NCBI RefSeq assembly: GCF_006345805.1
Contig: NC_043000.1
Location: 61,256,001-61,320,000, forward strand
Direction: 5' to 3'
Source: Octopus sinensis
Lineage: Eukaryota
Length of the DNA stretch: 64,000 bases
The notes beneath the pieces were generated by a model. That model was not told the origin of the DNA and did not search any database. It saw only the letters and a program-made list of their open reading frames with translations. Below, one piece after another: positions 1-13,704 of the stretch (position 1 is the first letter of the stretch; each line of letters starts with the position of its first letter). The position numbers were made by a program, and so were the translations under genes.

Positions 1-779
1 ATTGTCACTATTTTCCCAGTTCACCCCTGATTGAGCGAATCTTATATCAAAGGCATCACCGTTGTGACCATTTACTTTTTCTCTAGCTATAGGAAATCCT
101 GAAGTACCGTGTTCAAAGTTACTTTCCCTTCTAAAGACAGCAACTGGTGATTTGGTTGATGTATCTATCACGTCGAGCTACTACATAAAAGCTTTGATTC
201 GTCCTCACGAAGATGGACAACTGGAGCGGATGATAAAGATTGGCTTTTGATAATGAACATTCGATGAAAACGTTGTATATTTGGCCGAGTCACGCGCTAT
301 TGAATTTATTCCTATATCCTCTTTTATATCTAACAGCATTAAAATTGGCCGCCGTATAGGTGTTCATTATAATCTAATACAGCAATACTCTACTCCAATA
401 TAAATCGGAATGGAATGCGAATTCAATATAGCATGTTTAACAAATTGCCAATAGGACTCTCCTGAACTGCTAAAATATACATTTCAATAAACGATCAAAT
501 CTATTGTCGAAACATTGAAAAGACATGAATATTACGAACAATAAAAATCATTTCCATTTTATAAATGAAAAGAACTGTTGTTTCATGTGAGGTTTACTAG
601 TAGAATCTCTGATGATATTTTATTGAGTTCCATTGTATTAATCGGAAACAATCTTAAGTGCAATAAGTTTGATAAGTTCATGTATAGTAGGGACACCAAC
701 AACAGCGGCTTTTGAACTAAGAACATAAAGATGGACAAAATGCCTCTAAGCTCACCGCTTTACTCCTGCCATAACTATT

Positions 780-982
780 GGTTTCAAATTATGGCATGGG
801 GCAGTTTGGGGGGAGCTGTCAAGTCGATGAAATTGACCCCAATACTCAGCAAATACTTATTTTATCGAAATGATAAAAGGCAAAGTCAATCTCGGAGGAA
901 TTTGAATCAGAACATAGAGAGGGATGAAATGCTGCTAGGCATCTTGCCCGGCGTGCTAAAGATTCTGCCGGCTCGCAGCCTT
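780..982 (-). mobile_element. Family-A tRNA-derived SINE, degenerate
   Basis: Reverse complement matches the head (aaggc..gagc.ggcagaatc.ttagc), B-box-like ttctga.ttcaaattcc and core gactttgcctttcatc seen in about 30 other copies in the window. Confidence 0.8.
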
Positions 983-3572
983 ACATCTGCCATAAATATT
1001 GATATATTCTCTGATGAAGATGCCTGTCACCTTGTGGTAAATGAACGTATCCAAAACTTGTATTTAACTCGCTCATCCGTTCCATATAGCTTTGTAAATA
1101 GATAAAATGAAAAAGTACAATAAACTTTGTTAATCATAAGGGGTACTCCATAAGAAACAGTGCTAAGTTCCAGATACTTCTTGTGGATTCTCTGTTGATC
1201 ATCGTAACAAAAATTGATTTCTCTGGCCGACTGAATTTCTACTCGTGAAATTGATGTGTATTCTACAGGTACATGTACCATTAATATAATTCTCAAGACG
1301 TATAGGTGTGACGTAATTTAACAAGGCTGGACCTCTGAAATTCCGGTACACACCATACAAAAAAGAAGACAGAGTGAGTGAGAGACGGAGAGAGAAAGGA
1401 GAGAAAGAGGTGAATCCATCTTAGTACTGGATTGGTACTTATTTATTGACCTATAAAATGGCAGAAAATCAATGTTGACAATTGCAGATTTAAAATTTAG
1501 TGCGCGGAAAACCGGAACGAATGCCGCAAGGTATTCATTCTGACACTATTTTGCCAAATTGTCACCTTCCCCCTTCCTCAGTGGTTCGAAAAGTTAAGAA
1601 ATCTGCTGAAATATATTTTCCTTAAAAGTCCTATAAATGTTTCATTTGCAGTGTTTCCATAAGTCATCTACAGTAGTACGACCATCTGTTACATGTACGT
1701 TTGAGCTTGTTCCCTGCTAAAACGATTCTGATAATTGTATGCAACGTCATGCTAGAAGTCTACTAAATTCTTACTGCAGGTTTCCCAAATTCTAACATTA
1801 CTTACACATGCAGTGTAACACTTCTTATCAACAACACAATGAAAGCTAAAAGAGAAAAAATATCGGAAAAATTTAATGTTTCTGCATTGTAGAAAGTAGT
1901 GCATTATAGAATGAAAACAAATGGTTCTCACTGAGATAGAAATCTAGTTTAAAGACTTCCTTTAGTAACAAGTAAGTGTGTGACCACAATTCTTCGTTCT
2001 AGTTATACTACCGCCGCTCCCCATCACAAAAGATCCAAATTCAGGTCAAACACTGATTGATGAGCAAGTACTACTACAAAAACTAGATGGCATTCTGCAC
2101 CTGAAAATGGGTTCTAAACAAGTTCTCGCTAGGAATATTGTTAAATATTATTTGTCGACCTCAATAAAATTATAATAATAATGATAATATAGTAACAATT
2201 CCAATGGAAACATTTTCCAATTATTAGTCGATTTTATTTGTTTTGTTCATTTTAATAAGTTTTTTAGAAAGAAAACACATGATTGAACGGGTCAAACAGG
2301 TTAGTTTGCTTCCAGTTCTGCACATTATGCGTTACGAAATTTCAATAAAAAATATTGTTTGAATTGGTAACACAGATAATGTTATTAGACTAATTACCAA
2401 GCGAGAATAAATCAGCTTTAAAGTAAGGCGACACATTATATTTTATCTTCCTTTGTTCACGACTCCATATAAAATTAACACTCATCCGACAGTGTCAAAC
2501 ATTAATATGACTATATGTTAATTACATGTTTTCTATTTCAGAAGACAAGTATAGAAAATATAATTCCGGTTTTCATATCTAAAACCAAGAATAGCTGATT
2601 GACTATTCAATGTTTGCTCTACATTTGAAATATATAACAGAATGGTTCCTGCAAAGAGCAATAGAATATTTTAGCTTCCGTAATTTTTACTCCATTCTTT
2701 TCATGGAAATTGATAATATCGTCTTTTAGGGGGTTTTCTTTTGCACCATTCTCAAGCACAATAGAGGAATATTGAAACGTATTTCCGTCCATCGATATTG
2801 TTGATTCTATATTGAGTTAAATGGCATCGAGTCTCAGTCTATTTGCAATTCTGTATGAAACAATTTTTTATTCAAAACGTAATATATCTATCATTGATTT
2901 AAAGTTTTATTTGTGGAGATTGAGATACTATTTCAATTCATAGCCCATTAATAGAAAATAAATGCATAGAAATAATTTAAACCATGTCCGGAATATTTAT
3001 GATTTTCTAAAATCATAACACAAATATAATAAACTATTTGCTCGATTTAAAAGTAAAACGCAGTCTGTATTTTTTCATGTTTGCCTTCCAAACATCGCAG
3101 CATTTCAATTTAATACTTTGTCACTTGTTTATCTTCAGTTGCTCTGTCATTCTTTCCATGTTTAGTAAGATCTAGCTTTGATGAAACATTGGGCACTGAG
3201 TTAATATAATCAATTAATGATTTCAATGTTATAGTGAAAATAATCTACATGAATTGGAATTAGATCATTCTCTTTTAACGAGCAGAAATGCTTTACTTTT
3301 TGTTAACAAATATTTCATATGTCTATATGAAACCTTGATATTTATTTCAGAGAATGTGAACGAGATGTGACGTTTACAAATTTCCTAAAGTCAGGAATCT
3401 AGACAGTGTTACAATCTCCTCTCATTCAAAGCTTACCTTCAACAACACAACTTTCAAAATTTTAATTGTTCCTAAAAACAAGAAAAATAGCAGAAATTTG
3501 CATTTGTAGGCTCAATGTCGACTCAATTAACTTCAGTACATTAAATATATTTGTTATGTTTATCGTGGGAGA

Positions 3573-3768
3573 ATTATTGCGAGGCAGGCTCTTGGAACAT
3601 AAGGGTAAACTAAACATTTTGAACTGCTGTAAAAGTAGTTAAGTTGTTCTTCGTCCTGTTAGGATTATTGCGAGGCAGGCTCTTTCTAGAGTCCATCTTG
3701 GAACATAAGGGTAAACTAAACATTTTGAACTGCTGTAAAAATAGTTAAGTTGTTCTTCGTCCTGTTAG
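3573..3768. repeat. Tandem duplication, units of 90 bp and 105 bp
   Basis: 3573-3662 repeats at 3664-3768 with one substitution and a 15-bp indel bounded by TCTT microhomology. Confidence 0.95.
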
Positions 3769-4696
3769 AAGTGGTATCCAATTTTTTTCGAAATCACACA
3801 ATACCTTTTCAAGAATAGAATGCACTGGATAATGTGGTTTTAGATATGTGTGGAAAGATGGGTAATCACATCTAGAATGCCATCGATCATAGATCTTCGA
3901 TCAGGACTGGATTATGTTAAGCAGCAACATAAACAACAACAACGACAAACCTTGATGCAGTTCATCTAGCTTTATGTCAATTATATTAGTCCGTGGCCCT
4001 CAGATTTTAATTGATAGTGGTTTATTACACAAAGTTAAATCATTTTGGGAAAGGAAAAGAGAAATTTTGGTATTGGTGCATTTCTCTCAAATACCCTAAC
4101 TTGGAATTACTGTCACTTTACTTAGTTCCCGTTACACTACAACATCCGCAGATAACGATTTGTTTTAGAAAAACATATTTTCAATCCGTACGGTGTAGAG
4201 CTGACGGAACAGATTCTGTTATAAAATTCAACCTGATTTGAAATGCTTATAAATAAGCAGTTTTCAGCTTAGTCAAAATCTTTGTTAATCAAAGAGCAAT
4301 TAGTGTTGCAATATTTAATGCAGGGAGAGTAAATAAAACTGCAAGTTGTTTGTTTATTGGTTTTCTCTTGGAATGAAGATAATCGTATTGCCAAAAATCA
4401 ATTGTTTATCAGTTTTCGGCAGTGAAGTTTAAGTGCAATGGAATGCAATTTAAATTACCTATCAATAAATTTGTGGTGGGTCAGTGACTAATAATATTTT
4501 AATTTTCCTTTGAAGTAGGGGAGACAACTTCAAATATGTTTCCGTCTTAATTTATCTCATCAACGAGAAAGTGATAAAAAAAATCCCACTGCGTTACATG
4601 AATGAGACTGTATAATAGTTGGGCCAAGAAAATATAGCGTTTTCGAGAGAAAATTACACAGAAATGTCATCCAAATGGGCAGTAATAGCTAAATTA

Positions 4697-4911
4697 ATCC
4701 TTTCTTATATAGGCACAATGTCTGAAATTTTAGAGGAAGGAGATAGTTGGTTATATTGACCCCAGTGACGAACTGGTACTTATTTTATTGGCCCGAAGGG
4801 ATGAAATACGAAGCAGAATTTGGCGGAGTTTTAACTCAGGAGGTAAAACCGGAAGAAATGCCGCGAAGCATTTGATCTGCTATGATAACGATTCTGCTAG
4901 TTCACTGCCTT
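4697..4911 (-). mobile_element. Family-A SINE, degenerate, tail b (ccttgtgcctata.tagaaagg + ATT)
   Basis: Recognisable head, core and tail, heavily diverged. Confidence 0.8.
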
Positions 4912-6279
4912 GAAACAGTCGAATTTATGATAAGATATTTAATGCAAGGAAGCATTAGATAGCCAAATGAAAATAATTATGGGATGAAAAAATTATTAGT
5001 CAATAACTAATATACGTTTATATTTTGTATTAAATGAAAATTTAGCACTGAGTAACCTGTTTATAATGATGCCTTTTGTTTTTGTAACAAATGTAACAAT
5101 TATAAATTACTGCGAAAGGTACAACCAATGGCTCACTTTTCTATTCTAGGTAACTGGATGCTAAATCTGTAATGCTAAAATTCCGTATTATGAAGTTTTG
5201 AACTATAGCTATGATTCTACATCCGGCAATCCTATAAAAAAGAGGGGCGGGACAGATAGAAATAAGACGACATAATCAGTTTCTCCAGCAGAGAAGAGAA
5301 ACAGCAGAGGCGAGAAACCATACACATACACACGCATAAACACACTCACATATACATACACGCACACACACGCACATAAAACAACTAGCATGCATGCACA
5401 CAAAAATAGTACACACGCGTCCATACACAGAACATAACGTTAGATTACAGAGCGTAACTGCCGTTATACAAATATAGATTTTCACAGCATAGTTTTAACC
5501 TCATTCATACGGTTCATATAGAAAAAAGTTCATATTTACACGGGAGGGGTTGCTTTTGGTGATAAAAATAGTAACTTAATATTTTTATTGTCGTTGTGTA
5601 GTATTTGAAAACAGAAAAGAAAATAAATAAAAAAAGGTAAAAAGCCCTTCCAAATAAATGAGGTTGTGTTGAAGCGAATCACTCCAGGAAATGTGCTCAT
5701 AGAAAAAGAATTCATTGAATTTGTTACGAGTATTCCCCAGTGGAGCATAGAACTAATATAGCACCTTCAATATAAATTCGTTTGAAACGGGATCATGCGC
5801 GAATTGTATAAATAGGTGCTGCTTGTTACTTTAAAAGAGCTTTTAACGAATCATAGTTATGCCTAACTAATGTACTAAAGCATCATCATCAGTAGTAGTT
5901 ATGAAGACACGTGGCTTCATGTTTAGGGTTTGGGGAACATTCTCATAAATCGAGTGTTCGAATTCTGATCCGGGCTGCACTACGTTTCTTTGACCCCACT
6001 GCATTCGACATTGCATGACTCTACACAGCTGAACTGAGTACAAGCAAATGCTATTGTAGCCCTTTTCCTTCCAAATGTGTATTGCGGAGTGAAGGATGAC
6101 GGGGGATGAGTCCATGCCAGCTTGTGATTACACAGGCATTTAAAAACATGAGTGGAAATATAGTACATGTCCCCTAGTCACCAGCGTTTCAGAGAGGTGA
6201 CTAGTTTTTAGTACTAATAATAGTAGAAGTGATGTAGTTGTAGTTTAAATGATGGTGGTTGTAAAAGTGGTGAGTTTTA

Positions 6280-6327
6280 TGGTGTTAGTAGTAGTAGTAA
6301 TAGTAGTAGTAGCAGTAGTAGTAATAA

Positions 6328-6363
<36 letters not shown>
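6280..6363. repeat. (GTA)n microsatellite
   Basis: Direct reading. Confidence 0.95.
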
Positions 6364-7740
6364 AAACTGCTCTTTAGGCAAAGATAATGCTACGGGAGAT
6401 CTGTGCGTGTTGATTCGGTTTGATATAAATAGCAACCAAATTTTCATATTACACTCTACTCTGTTGACAAAGAATAACAGGTTATATTGGATACTGTCTG
6501 AATGCAAGATTAAAAGATTGGGTAGCCATAGCTGGAATTCCTTTGGTCATAAGTGTACTTAGTGCCTACGAAAGAAACTTTGCAAGTCAGAACGTACCTT
6601 CTTTACCACCCTGGAAGAGAAGATTCCTCTCGAAATCCAAGGGGATTGTGAAGAATTTTCTGTTTAATAAGAGCCCATCACATATTTACGGCCCCCTCCT
6701 GGAATTATCAGTTTGATGTTCCGGCTGAATGCCTCGTCTCATCTCGTAAAGTACACAACCTGGGATACCTGATAGGGACTAGCTGGAGTCATTATTTCTA
6801 ATTTCATAGAACAGAACAGACTGCTCGATCTGGGAATTGAAACCATGATCTTAGCGGTATTTCTTCCGGATCTTTACGTTTTGAGTTAAAATTCTGACGA
6901 ACTTGACGTTGCCTTTTATCTTTTCGGGTCAATAAAATAAATATCAGTTAAGTTCTTGGGTAAAGTTAATGACAAAATATGAGCTCGTTCCTATTATGGT
7001 GTCTGCTATAATCTATGTGAAAATTAACATTTGTTTAATGTAATTACAATACATAACCGTTAATAAGATACTAAACTTCGACAATAAGATTTATAGCCTG
7101 ACATCGTTTGTTTAACTATGTAAATTGAACCCCCTTTTCATAGCAGTAACTGGAAGAGGCTATTTATTTAGAGGTTCATAAATAGATGTTAGTTATAAAC
7201 ATACACATAAGCTTCTTATCAGCTAATTGTATATCTCTAGATAAAAGTTTTACAAACTTATGCATTTGACTCAAAGTCTGTTTTCTTTGCGTTTCAGTTG
7301 TAATAGTTGTACTTGACTTGAAATGCCTGCGTATATACACTCATTTCTTGAAAGATCAAGATGTAAGAAATGAGGAAATTTATTTATTTACTTATGGCAT
7401 TCCAGTGAATATTTGTAGAAACTAAGAGATACCCAGCTCTCCAAATAATTTGTACTTCTATAAATGGAAAAAGAAACTATTGTGACTGATATCTTGACTG
7501 ATATTATGTATGACTGACTGCTCGATTTTCTGATAAAATTGTTTAATGAAGTAAACTACTTTCTGAAATATGGTTTATCCTTTGACTTAGACGAATCGTG
7601 TTGCTTCTTTGAATATTCCTGATAGTATATGATTCTTTCTTCGTGTACTATATTATCGTTGGTAGACAGAAACATCACACTACGAATACGATATCAGGTA
7701 TTATACACATATATATATAAAATTATATGTATATATAAAT

Positions 7741-7798
<58 letters not shown>

Positions 7799-7847
7799 TT
7801 ATAGATATGTAGATATTCGTGTATATGTATCAATAATTGATGTGATA

Positions 7848-8082
7848 TTTATTTATTTATTGGCCACAGTGGGCGAAACATAGAGGGGACAAACAAGGAC
7901 AGACAAAAAAGAATAAAGCGATTACATCGACTCCAGTACGTAACTGGTACTTATTTAATCGACCCCGAAAGGATGAAAGGCAAAGTCGGCCTCTGCGGAA
8001 TTTGAACTCAGAGCGTAATGGCAGACGAAATACCGCTAAGCATTTCGCTCGACGCGCTAACGATTCTGCCAGCTCACCGCCC
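7848..8082 (-). mobile_element. Full-length family-A SINE, tail a, with 20-bp target-site duplication
   Basis: TATCAATAATTGATGTGATA at 7828-7847 and 8083-8102 flanks the element; A-box-like tggcagaatcgtta, B-box-like gagttcaaattcc, (AAAT)n 3' end. Confidence 0.95.
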
Positions 8083-10321
8083 TATCAATAATTGATGTGA
8101 TAATAGAGTGATATGGTGTCGTACAAAGAATGAAAGCACAATATATCGACGTGATTAGACCCTAGCAGGAAGAATGTTAGTTTATAGATATTGTTAAGAA
8201 GGTACAAAAGCCTTGTAGGAAGTAAACAAGCTTCACATAAATACAAGAAATATGTTTTGCCAAATATTTATACTGAGATCGAGTGAGGTTGTTAACTAAA
8301 CTTGCTATTCAATAAAATAACAAAACAAAGAATAACTGGGTGGATGAGTATACAAAGTCGATAGCGTTTAACAAATCAAGTAAATGGGAAAAGTCAGCCA
8401 TTTTATACAGACACTAATCAACTACAAACTGTTAAGTGACTTTTCTTGATTCCTGATGAGAAATCAGAAGAGATCAAATATAGTTATACTACCTATTATT
8501 TACCTTAAATATATATATGAAAGTTGTCTTGGTTAAGAGGTAAAAAAAGGGAAGCTGTAATTTTAAAGTTCAGTGCAGGATTGTAAAAAAAAAACTATGA
8601 CAATAATATTTTACGTATCAGAGCAAATTGAAACGTTGTTTTATAACTAAGGATTCTCCAAGTAAATAATACTTTGAACCTTTGATTCACTGCAAAAGAA
8701 AACAAATCTCTCAATGCTTTGCTCTAGATTAAAGGACATGTCTATTCCTTTTATATTTCCTTTTTTTTTAAATAAAAGACCGAGGCTTTTACGAACTTTA
8801 TATATATAGAACAATTCACAAATCATAATACTATTTGCTTCTATAAAATGAGAGACATTAAGTTTAAGTTATATTAGAAGTGTTTCATGATAATTTTGTT
8901 GCAGAACTTGTGAGAAAGACTCAGTTTAAATAAGAAGTTAAGCTCCTCTTTGAAATAGTTCTAACTCTTTATAATAGTCTGCAGATACCAATATGAATTT
9001 TATAGTCAATATGGATTCTGACATTAAATTACAGATTTGTGACGGTAGCTCTTAATTACTTCATGTCAATACTTAATTATGTCAATCATGAAAATTAATT
9101 TGGCACATTTCAGCAAATCTGTAGCTCCGTCGCTTTGACAGCAGCATTACAATCATTGAATTCAACTGTTTATTAAATGGTGTGATGCAAACATTTTCAC
9201 TGAAAACTTATCAGACATCAATATGTTGGTAACCAAACCAAACGCAATCTAGTTTTTCACTGATGAAATATTGGTTTCCAGAGACAGAAATAACAGTTAT
9301 GCTCTTGGCATGTTATCCAGATATAATCACAAGTCTTTTAGGAAACCTTTCAATATGCATTATAAATTGATAAAATCATAGAAGAGATTCAATTATTTCC
9401 ATTTAGAATTTAGAAGGGTCATAACCAATATCAAAAATCTTACCATCACGATAAGATTAATGCGATGATTAGGAGTAGACTTTCATGTGGAAAATTATGA
9501 AAATATTTATCGAAGCTCAGAAGTAAGAACGTTTTAAATCAATTATAATTGGATAGGAGGCAAAATAATACTTACTGCGGAAAACTTCTCGATACAAAAT
9601 TTTCGTTGTCGCATTTATTACATCATTAACGAAATACTGTTGTAACACTTATCAAATAGTATGTATTCACAAGGGACGCATTCTAAAACGTAATTATAAC
9701 CTCGGTTGCCCTTTAGCAGTATCTTTCTTCGCCAAGATTATAAACATTAGATGAAAATATAATAAAGTATGATGCGGTAAATTAATATATCCCATAAACT
9801 ATTATTTAATTCGTCTGTTATTATTCAAGTCCCAAGATGATTAGCGGAAAGCTCTGAAATGTGAATTTGCGATTAGTTGGAAAAAATACTTTTCTGCAAA
9901 TATATATGAATTACAAGATCTCCCTCATCACCCCACAAAATTACTCGTCAATCTGGTGTTTATGAATAATAAAATTATTTTTATTACATTTTTATGGGTT
10001 TGACCTGGAGGAAGGTATTATACCTATGACATTTGTAGGCCCTCCGAGACTAGCGAGATCGATGAAAACTTTCACTTCGGCAGCCGCAGAAAACACAAGT
10101 AAAACATATGCATGGTTACACGGTCAACAAGCTTCAGTGCTGCTGATTTTATCTCTAATTAGGAATATGTCTCATCACACACACACACACACGGACACAT
10201 ACACACGCACACACACGCACGCGCGCGCGTACATACATGCAATTATTAATTCTTCTTTAGCATGTTGCTAAAGAAAATTAGTTCATGTTTTATATCTCCA
10301 GTTATCCATATTTAATTTTAT

Positions 10322-10545
10322 TTATTACAGAATATATGTTTTATCCTCAGATCGGGCCTGACCAACATAATTATGACCGGAGGCATTCCATCCATGGCCA
10401 TTCTATTTCTTTCTCCAGATAATATATCTAGAAGTATCTCAACCTTCTTTCTCTGTTGCATGTTGCAGGAAGTGATTTAAAGGAAATTTGGCCGTTATTT
10501 CTTGAAGATCAGACGACCATGTAAGGACTTCTTATTTTGCACCAA
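10322..10545 (+). repeat. Unclassified dispersed repeat (family D); related degenerate copies near 1-110, 40520-40690 (reverse), 47295-47400, 50160-50370 and 52085-52220 (reverse)
   Basis: Shared blocks resembling cc.cag.tca.ccctgat.gagcaga.c.atgatcaaag.cattcca and g.gatttga.gga.atttggc.gctatttct recur at these loci. Confidence 0.55.
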
Positions 10546-11664
10546 GCTTTATGGTAACGTAGACCTTTAAGAGGCAAAATATTAACAGGCTAGAATCTGC
10601 GAACAGGTTCCAGGTATTGTCTAAAACCATGTGTTTATTTGTAGATAATGTTATCAAGTCAATTATTGCTAGAGTTATCAAGCATTAATTGTTATATTAA
10701 AGGCTCCTTGCCAGTAATCATAATTAGCGGTTTCCCTGTATATATTTGTGTGTGTATAAATTGGATGTGTGTATAAGCATCTTTCACTGATGCACACGAG
10801 CAATGAAACATCGACACAAAAACCCCAAAACACTGCTTTCGGATCGAAATGCCTTGCAATACTTTCTCGGACCCATTTCAATCTGAAAAGCGTTAATCTC
10901 GCCATTGCGAATATTGTTAACCAATGGCCAAACTATTGGAAGCCTAAAACGAACAATGCTATTAACCACCATTTGTGACATAAAATAACTAAATACACAA
11001 ATATATTAATTAATAAAGAAGTAAATATAAAGACAAATTCCCAGAAAATGTTACGAATATATGAAAAAAACGTGATTCGATATTTTTGCAAATATGAAAA
11101 TCCTAATAAAAAGTTACAAATTGATTATTTCATCCAGCGAGGGGTTCACATTTTTTAATCTAGTTACCAGTATGTGTAGCAGTGTTCCCGCCAAATATAC
11201 TGCCTCTCACTATGTATATTAAAAATATGCCTAAAAATCATGTTTTTAAGAAATTAAATTATGGAAAAGGTATCCTAGCCAGCTAATGATACAAGACTTA
11301 CATAGTATTAATTTTTCGATTTATTTCTCGAGTTGTCAACATTTTTATCGCATCTGAGACCTGGTCACTGGCACAATTTCAACAATTAAATATTTGTTAC
11401 TGGCGTGTTTTAAAAGCCTTAGATTTTCCCCCTTTACTAACTTTCCCTTCGCTTTTACTGATTTTGTCAAACATTGGACATGCCAGTCTACTACACAGTT
11501 ATGTGAACTTTTAACACGGACTGTTATTTTTCACTTTCAGATTCATTTTATTTCTCTTTAGCTTGTCTATAATTTTGCCTTTCAGTATTAAGATTTCCCT
11601 GTTTTTTCTTCTTTGCCCACAGTTGTTAGCTTTCAATCTATGGAGATATAATTCATTTTACAAT

Positions 11665-11765
11665 TATTTTTCTACTTGTTTCAATCATTGAACTGTGATT
11701 ATGTAGGGACACCGTCTTGAAAGGTTCAGTTGAGAAATTCCACCCAGGTATTTATTTTCTTAAAC
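11665..11765 (-). mobile_element. 3' tail fragment of family-B-related SINE
   Basis: Reverse complement aagacggtgtccctacataatcacagttcaatgattgaaacaag resembles the ggcggtgctccagcatggcc.cagtc..tgactgaaacaag tail. Confidence 0.55.
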
Positions 11766-11871
11766 TTAAACTTATTCTGTCCAACTCCTTTGCCGAAAGC
11801 CTAAGTTATGACGACGTAAACCAACACCGGTTGTCAAACAGGGATGGGAGACAAATATGAAGGCTCCTCTG

Positions 11872-11907
<36 letters not shown>

Positions 11908-12226
11908 TCGGCAAATAAGAAAGAGTATACAAAACGACATACATCACACGGTAGACATTCCATGCGATGTTAGTGTTCGTTAATTTTTTTGCAGTTCAAC
12001 AAGTCTCTGAATTCCTATAAATCCTAACAGTAAACGTGGAAATTGGAGGAAACGGAGGTACAACAACTATAAAAGCCCTGATAAGGCAACTACTACCAGT
12101 GATTGTGGCAGCTACAACGCTGCCAAAGATAGGTACAAAAATAACAATAGAAGTATTAGAAATATAAAAAAATACCCATAGATAATAATAACAATAATGA
12201 CAATAATAATAATTGTTATAATAATG

Positions 12227-12290
<64 letters not shown>

Positions 12291-12346
12291 CAGTAACAAT
12301 ACAGATAACATAAAAAAACAATCACGAAAATAATGAAAAAGACACT

Positions 12347-12659
12347 GTTTGATTAATCATCCCATTCGCTATATAAATTAAGAATAACATAGTTAAAACA
12401 ATATTTAGATTAATTAACAAGCATTTTATAAAAGGAAAAGAACAAATACTGGGAGATTATTAATAACAAAACGATAAGAATAGGATACACTTTAACACAT
12501 AACCTGGCTACCATCATCTCCTCAATAAACAAAAGAAAACTGGGAACCTATTTAAGTAGAAAAAATAACAACAGTAACATTACACACTAGTAATAACAAT
12601 AGCCACAGCAATAATGATTGTAATGATGGTAGTAATAGTAGTTGGTGACGATGATAGTG

Positions 12660-12716
<57 letters not shown>

Positions 12717-13305
12717 TAAACAATAATAATAAAATATTGAAATCAACAATAATAATAGTAATGACAACAACAATAATAATAACAATGATAGTGATTCGAG
12801 CAATCTCAAAATTAATAACAACATCATTATTAGTATCAACAATAGCTACAGCACCAATAATGCAATACCTAATACTACCCACAATATTACCCCCACAGAG
12901 CTATATAGAACCTGTGATTGTAGAATTAGCAGGAAATGTGTATTCAACAATAATTGAATTAGAAATGAAGTAGTATGTCAATGTGTAGTAAGTACGCGAT
13001 CTGGTAATATGGTATATGTAGGAGCAACCCAGAATCACCATAGATACACCTTTAGAAACAGAAATAGAAATTCAACGGGATTGAGCACCTACATATGGGA
13101 ACTTAAGGATTAGAGAATTGTGTATAACCCACATTGGAAGATTTTAACCACAGCACCAGGGTATAGTACAAAGAATAGGATATGTATGTTATGTGTAAAT
13201 GAAATTGTTTTCACGATTAAAGCCAACCTTCCGCTTGTTAATTCTCTTAAGGAGAGAAATGTTTCCTGCCTTCACAAGACCAAGCACACTTTTTCTAAAT
13301 ACTAG
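12347..13305 (+). mobile_element. Decayed Penelope-like element: RT C-terminal region, Asn-rich linker, Cys knuckle and GIY-YIG endonuclease
   Basis: Manual translation gives V*LIIPFAI*IKNNIVKTIFRLINKHF / NKYWEIINNKTIRIGYTLTHNLATIISSINKRKL (12347-12543) and CDCRISRKCVFNNN*IRNEVVCQCVV..YVGATQ..STGLSTYIWELKD*RIVYNPHWKILTTAPGYSTKNRICMLCVNE..N..KE..SCLH (12901-13305). This is collinear with the 34.5-35.6 kb element; stops and frameshifts are present. Confidence 0.85.
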
Positions 13306-13704
13306 TTATTTAACCCCCACCAGCACTAGCGCCCCTCCTTATTCGTATCACAATAACAATATCCCTCTTATCAATATCTTCCTGTACATTGTCACCATAT
13401 AATGTTTTCCTTTTCCACGTTGTACTTTATGCCCTGGTTCTTCCCACCATAACTACTATGCGATTTACCTTTTCCAGGTAGGTACTTGTAAATACTTTTG
13501 AGTGTATGTATGTACGAATATATGCATTTATGGTGCGTGTGCGGATGTATATATGTATGTTTCTATGAATGTGTGTATGCGCACGCACGCACGCACACAC
13601 ACACATACACACACACACACAAACACACACATACATATATATGATTAGGCAATAATCTAGTAGCACTGCGTCGGCAAGACTTGAAAAAATAGGGAAAAAA
13701 GTGG

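Noticed and set aside
1006-1065. Hammerhead candidate CTGATGA-agatgc..gtatc-CAAAAC-ttgta
   Set aside because: G12 is missing and stem I does not pair; at best a decayed relic
2268-2299. Plus-strand microexon candidate (tttttag|aaagaaaac..aaacag|gttagt), plus acceptor-like sites at about 2541, 3350 and 8690 (minus)
   Set aside because: Signals fall on both strands and do not assemble into a coherent reading frame; expected by chance in AT-rich DNA
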